NCBI RefSeq assembly: GCF_006345805.1
Contig: NW_021832385.1
Span: forward strand, 1 to 64,000
Direction: 5' to 3'
Source of the DNA: Octopus sinensis
Lineage: Eukaryota
Length of the DNA stretch: 64,000 nt
In this document: positions 61,598 through 64,000 of the stretch, piece after piece
Layout of the letters: each line of letters begins with the position of its first letter
How positions within the stretch are numbered: position 1 is the stretch's first letter
Made by a program: the position numbers and the translations under genes
The notes under the pieces: generated by a model
The model's input: only the letters and a program-made list of their open reading frames with translations
Database searches by the model: none
What the model was told of the DNA's origin: nothing

Positions 61598-64000
61598 ATG
61601 TCAAAGAACTGGTCTGCGAGGGAGTTGCAATTGTTCGTCCACGACTGGAAGATTGCCGAGGGTGACTCGCCAAACAATATCATTGCAGCGGCGCTAAAGA
61701 GCAATGATTTTTCGAGGACCACAACCCAGATAAAGCGAAAGAAACGAGAATTCCTCCGTTCATACGCTCTAATCAGGCAACACATGGACACTCCTAGGGG
61801 TGACTTCACCAAGGAAGACCAAAAGAATGGAGAAAACATCCAGGACCCAACAAAAGACACAACCGAGAAACCTAGAACAAAGGGAAACAATGGCATATGT
61901 CCAGTTCCCAACACAACTGAAGACCAAAGAGGTGCGATGGCCGCAAAAAGGAAAGCACCCTAAAATTGATGGAAAACAAGAAGTAAAAGACAAGAAATCT
62001 AAAACAAACACTGTTCAGAAAAAACAGAAGAACCCCAGCAAGAACTATGAGGGCAAAACCAGAAACATCTGCAAATTTTACCTGACGGGAGACTGCTGGC
62101 ATGGCGTCGAAGGTGCACACTGTCGTTTTGCTCATGAGAGGCCTTGCCAAAACCGCATGGACACAAGACAAAAATCCCTCCCACGGGGAGAACAAAAAGA
62201 TAAAGAAAAATATAGAGGAAGGAAAATGGCGCACTGACCACTCCTGAAAGACGATATGCGGGTGTATTGCGCGGTAGCCCAACAAATGGCCAGCTTCACC
62301 CAGATGTGTGAAGGTCAGCAGCTGAACAGCAATCTTTTTTGTGCATGGCACAAAAAAATGTTCAGCAGCTGACCTGGCTACAAGCACAAAGCTGGAACTA
62401 CCACCACATAAGGCACCACCAACAGATGCAGGATTGCCACCACAGACACCAACACACACACCACAAAAATATTTCTACTGAACGTAAGAGGGCTGCTTCA
62501 CGGCAACTGTAAAAGGAAAATCTCATTCCTGAGAGACCTTGTGACATGCAATCAAGCTATATGCATGGCACTCACAGATACGTATCTTGGACCCGATATG
62601 GGGGATGCAGAAATACACATTCGGCAATATGCAGTCATACACTCAGATAGAAAAGGGAGGAGCCATGGTGGAGTTGCAATGTACATCCGAGATGATCTCA
62701 CGCCCCAGGTCCTGCTGTCATATTCAAACTCAGTGTGTGAAACTCAAATTGTACACATAAGACAACTGAATATCGTCATATGTACTACATATCGCCCACC
62801 AGATGCCCCAAATCACTCAGGCATGTTTGAAGACTGCCTAACAAAGATATGAGAAGTCTTCACCAACCTTGAACAACACAACAGTGTATTCTTCATGGGT
62901 GACTTTAACTTCCCCAATGTGGAATGGCCTGGGAGGGGGCAGATGCTCCCAGGGATGACACACCATCAGCAGAAACAGGCAGAGTCCCAGCTTCATCTCA
63001 CAAATGCCTCTTTCATGGAGCAAATAGTTCTGCAACCAACAAGGGCAGATAATATACTGGATCTCTGCTCCACAAACAATATGGATATTATCCATAATGT
63101 TAAAGTGATGCCGATAATGATCTCGGATCACAACATAATAGAGCTGTCTATATATGGATCAAAAGCCCCCGCAGACACACAGCCTATACGAAGCATCCAC
63201 CATCTCTCCAACTTAAACTTTCATAAAGCAAACTGGAAGTTGATTTAGAAAGAGATCCTCAAACAGGATTGGCCTAAATGTCTCTCCACACCGGACATTA
63301 ACATGAAACACAAACATTTCATGTCTATAATACACGCCATATGTGACAAATATGTCCCTGTGTGCAGGGCCAGCACACACAAAAACAAAAACAGGATCCC
63401 TAGAGAAAGGAAGATTCTTATGAAACGACGGACAAGGATTGCGAAGCACACCAAAAGTGGTGAGAAGTCTCGGCTCGAGAGAATGCAAGTGGAAATTGAG
63501 AAAAGTCTGCATCAGTCTCATGAAAAGGAGAGAGCAGATAAAGAAGCTTGGGTAATAGAATATATATATAGAATAAACCCTAAAGATTTCTTTAAGTTTG
63601 CCAAAGAGACAGTCACAGTGCACCAGAGAATAGGACCCCTCTTCCAAAAAGATGATTCTCTCACAGAAAATCCCACGAGGATAAGTGAAATACTGAACGA
63701 ACAGTTCCAAAGTGCGTTCACTACACCTCTAGGACACAGGCAAGTAAACAACCCAGAAGAATTCTTTGCCACTTTACCTCCGGCCAAAGAGGCAAAAATT
63801 GAGTACACCAACATTGAAGATGATGGTATCACACTGACCATAGATGAGATTGACACAAACTCAGCTGCTGGACCTGATGGATTCCAGCGATCCTTCTAAA
63901 ACCGTGCAAGCGAGCCCTTGCAAAACCGCTACAGTTTCATTTTCAGAGCTTTCTTGCAAGTGGTAAGCTCCCAGTCAAATTGAAAGAGGGGGTAATATGC
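61598..64000 (+). mobile_element. Divergent CR1/L2-group LINE (ORF1 Myb/SANT-like + CCCH, APE, start of RT), runs off the window end
   Basis: MSKNWSARELQLFVHDWK...IAAALKSNDFSRTTTQIKRKKREFLRSY; CKFYLTGDCWHGVEGAHCRFAH; GGVAMY, GDFNFP, SDHN, SAAGPDG. Confidence 0.92.

Noticed and set aside
10284-63856. Antisense ORFs overlapping LINE, PLE and Mariner coding regions
   Set aside because: They are shadow frames of real opposite-strand genes with no independent motifs.

Overview
Eukaryotic, gene-free, repeat-saturated DNA. It is probably cephalopod (Octopus-like); this is an inference from the (TA)n/(CA)n load and the LINE/SINE tail motifs. No host protein-coding gene is recognisable. Blocks of (TA)n separate four kinds of element: (i) at least six Penelope-like retroelements (PLE; RT and/or GIY-YIG) or their remnants, (ii) about ten pieces of CR1/L2-group LINEs, one family of which has an ORF1 with a Myb/SANT-like domain plus a CCCH zinc finger and an ORF2 overlapping in the -1 frame, (iii) one complete-length Mariner nested inside a LINE, and (iv) many ORF-less repeats. 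The main hidden signal is non-coding. Read by eye, about 27 type I hammerhead ribozyme (HHR) motifs from about nine sequence families occur on both strands. Nearly all have a short palindromic stem III, and many have very long stem II inserts. Thirteen of them sit one per monomer in three otherwise dissimilar tandem arrays of 545-600 bp units (retrozyme-like). These arrays share a conserved motif near their 3' ends, and two of them are folded back on themselves. Scattered single-base indels between near-identical copies may be long-read consensus errors, so pseudogene calls are provisional. Boundaries were counted by hand and may be off by a few bases.
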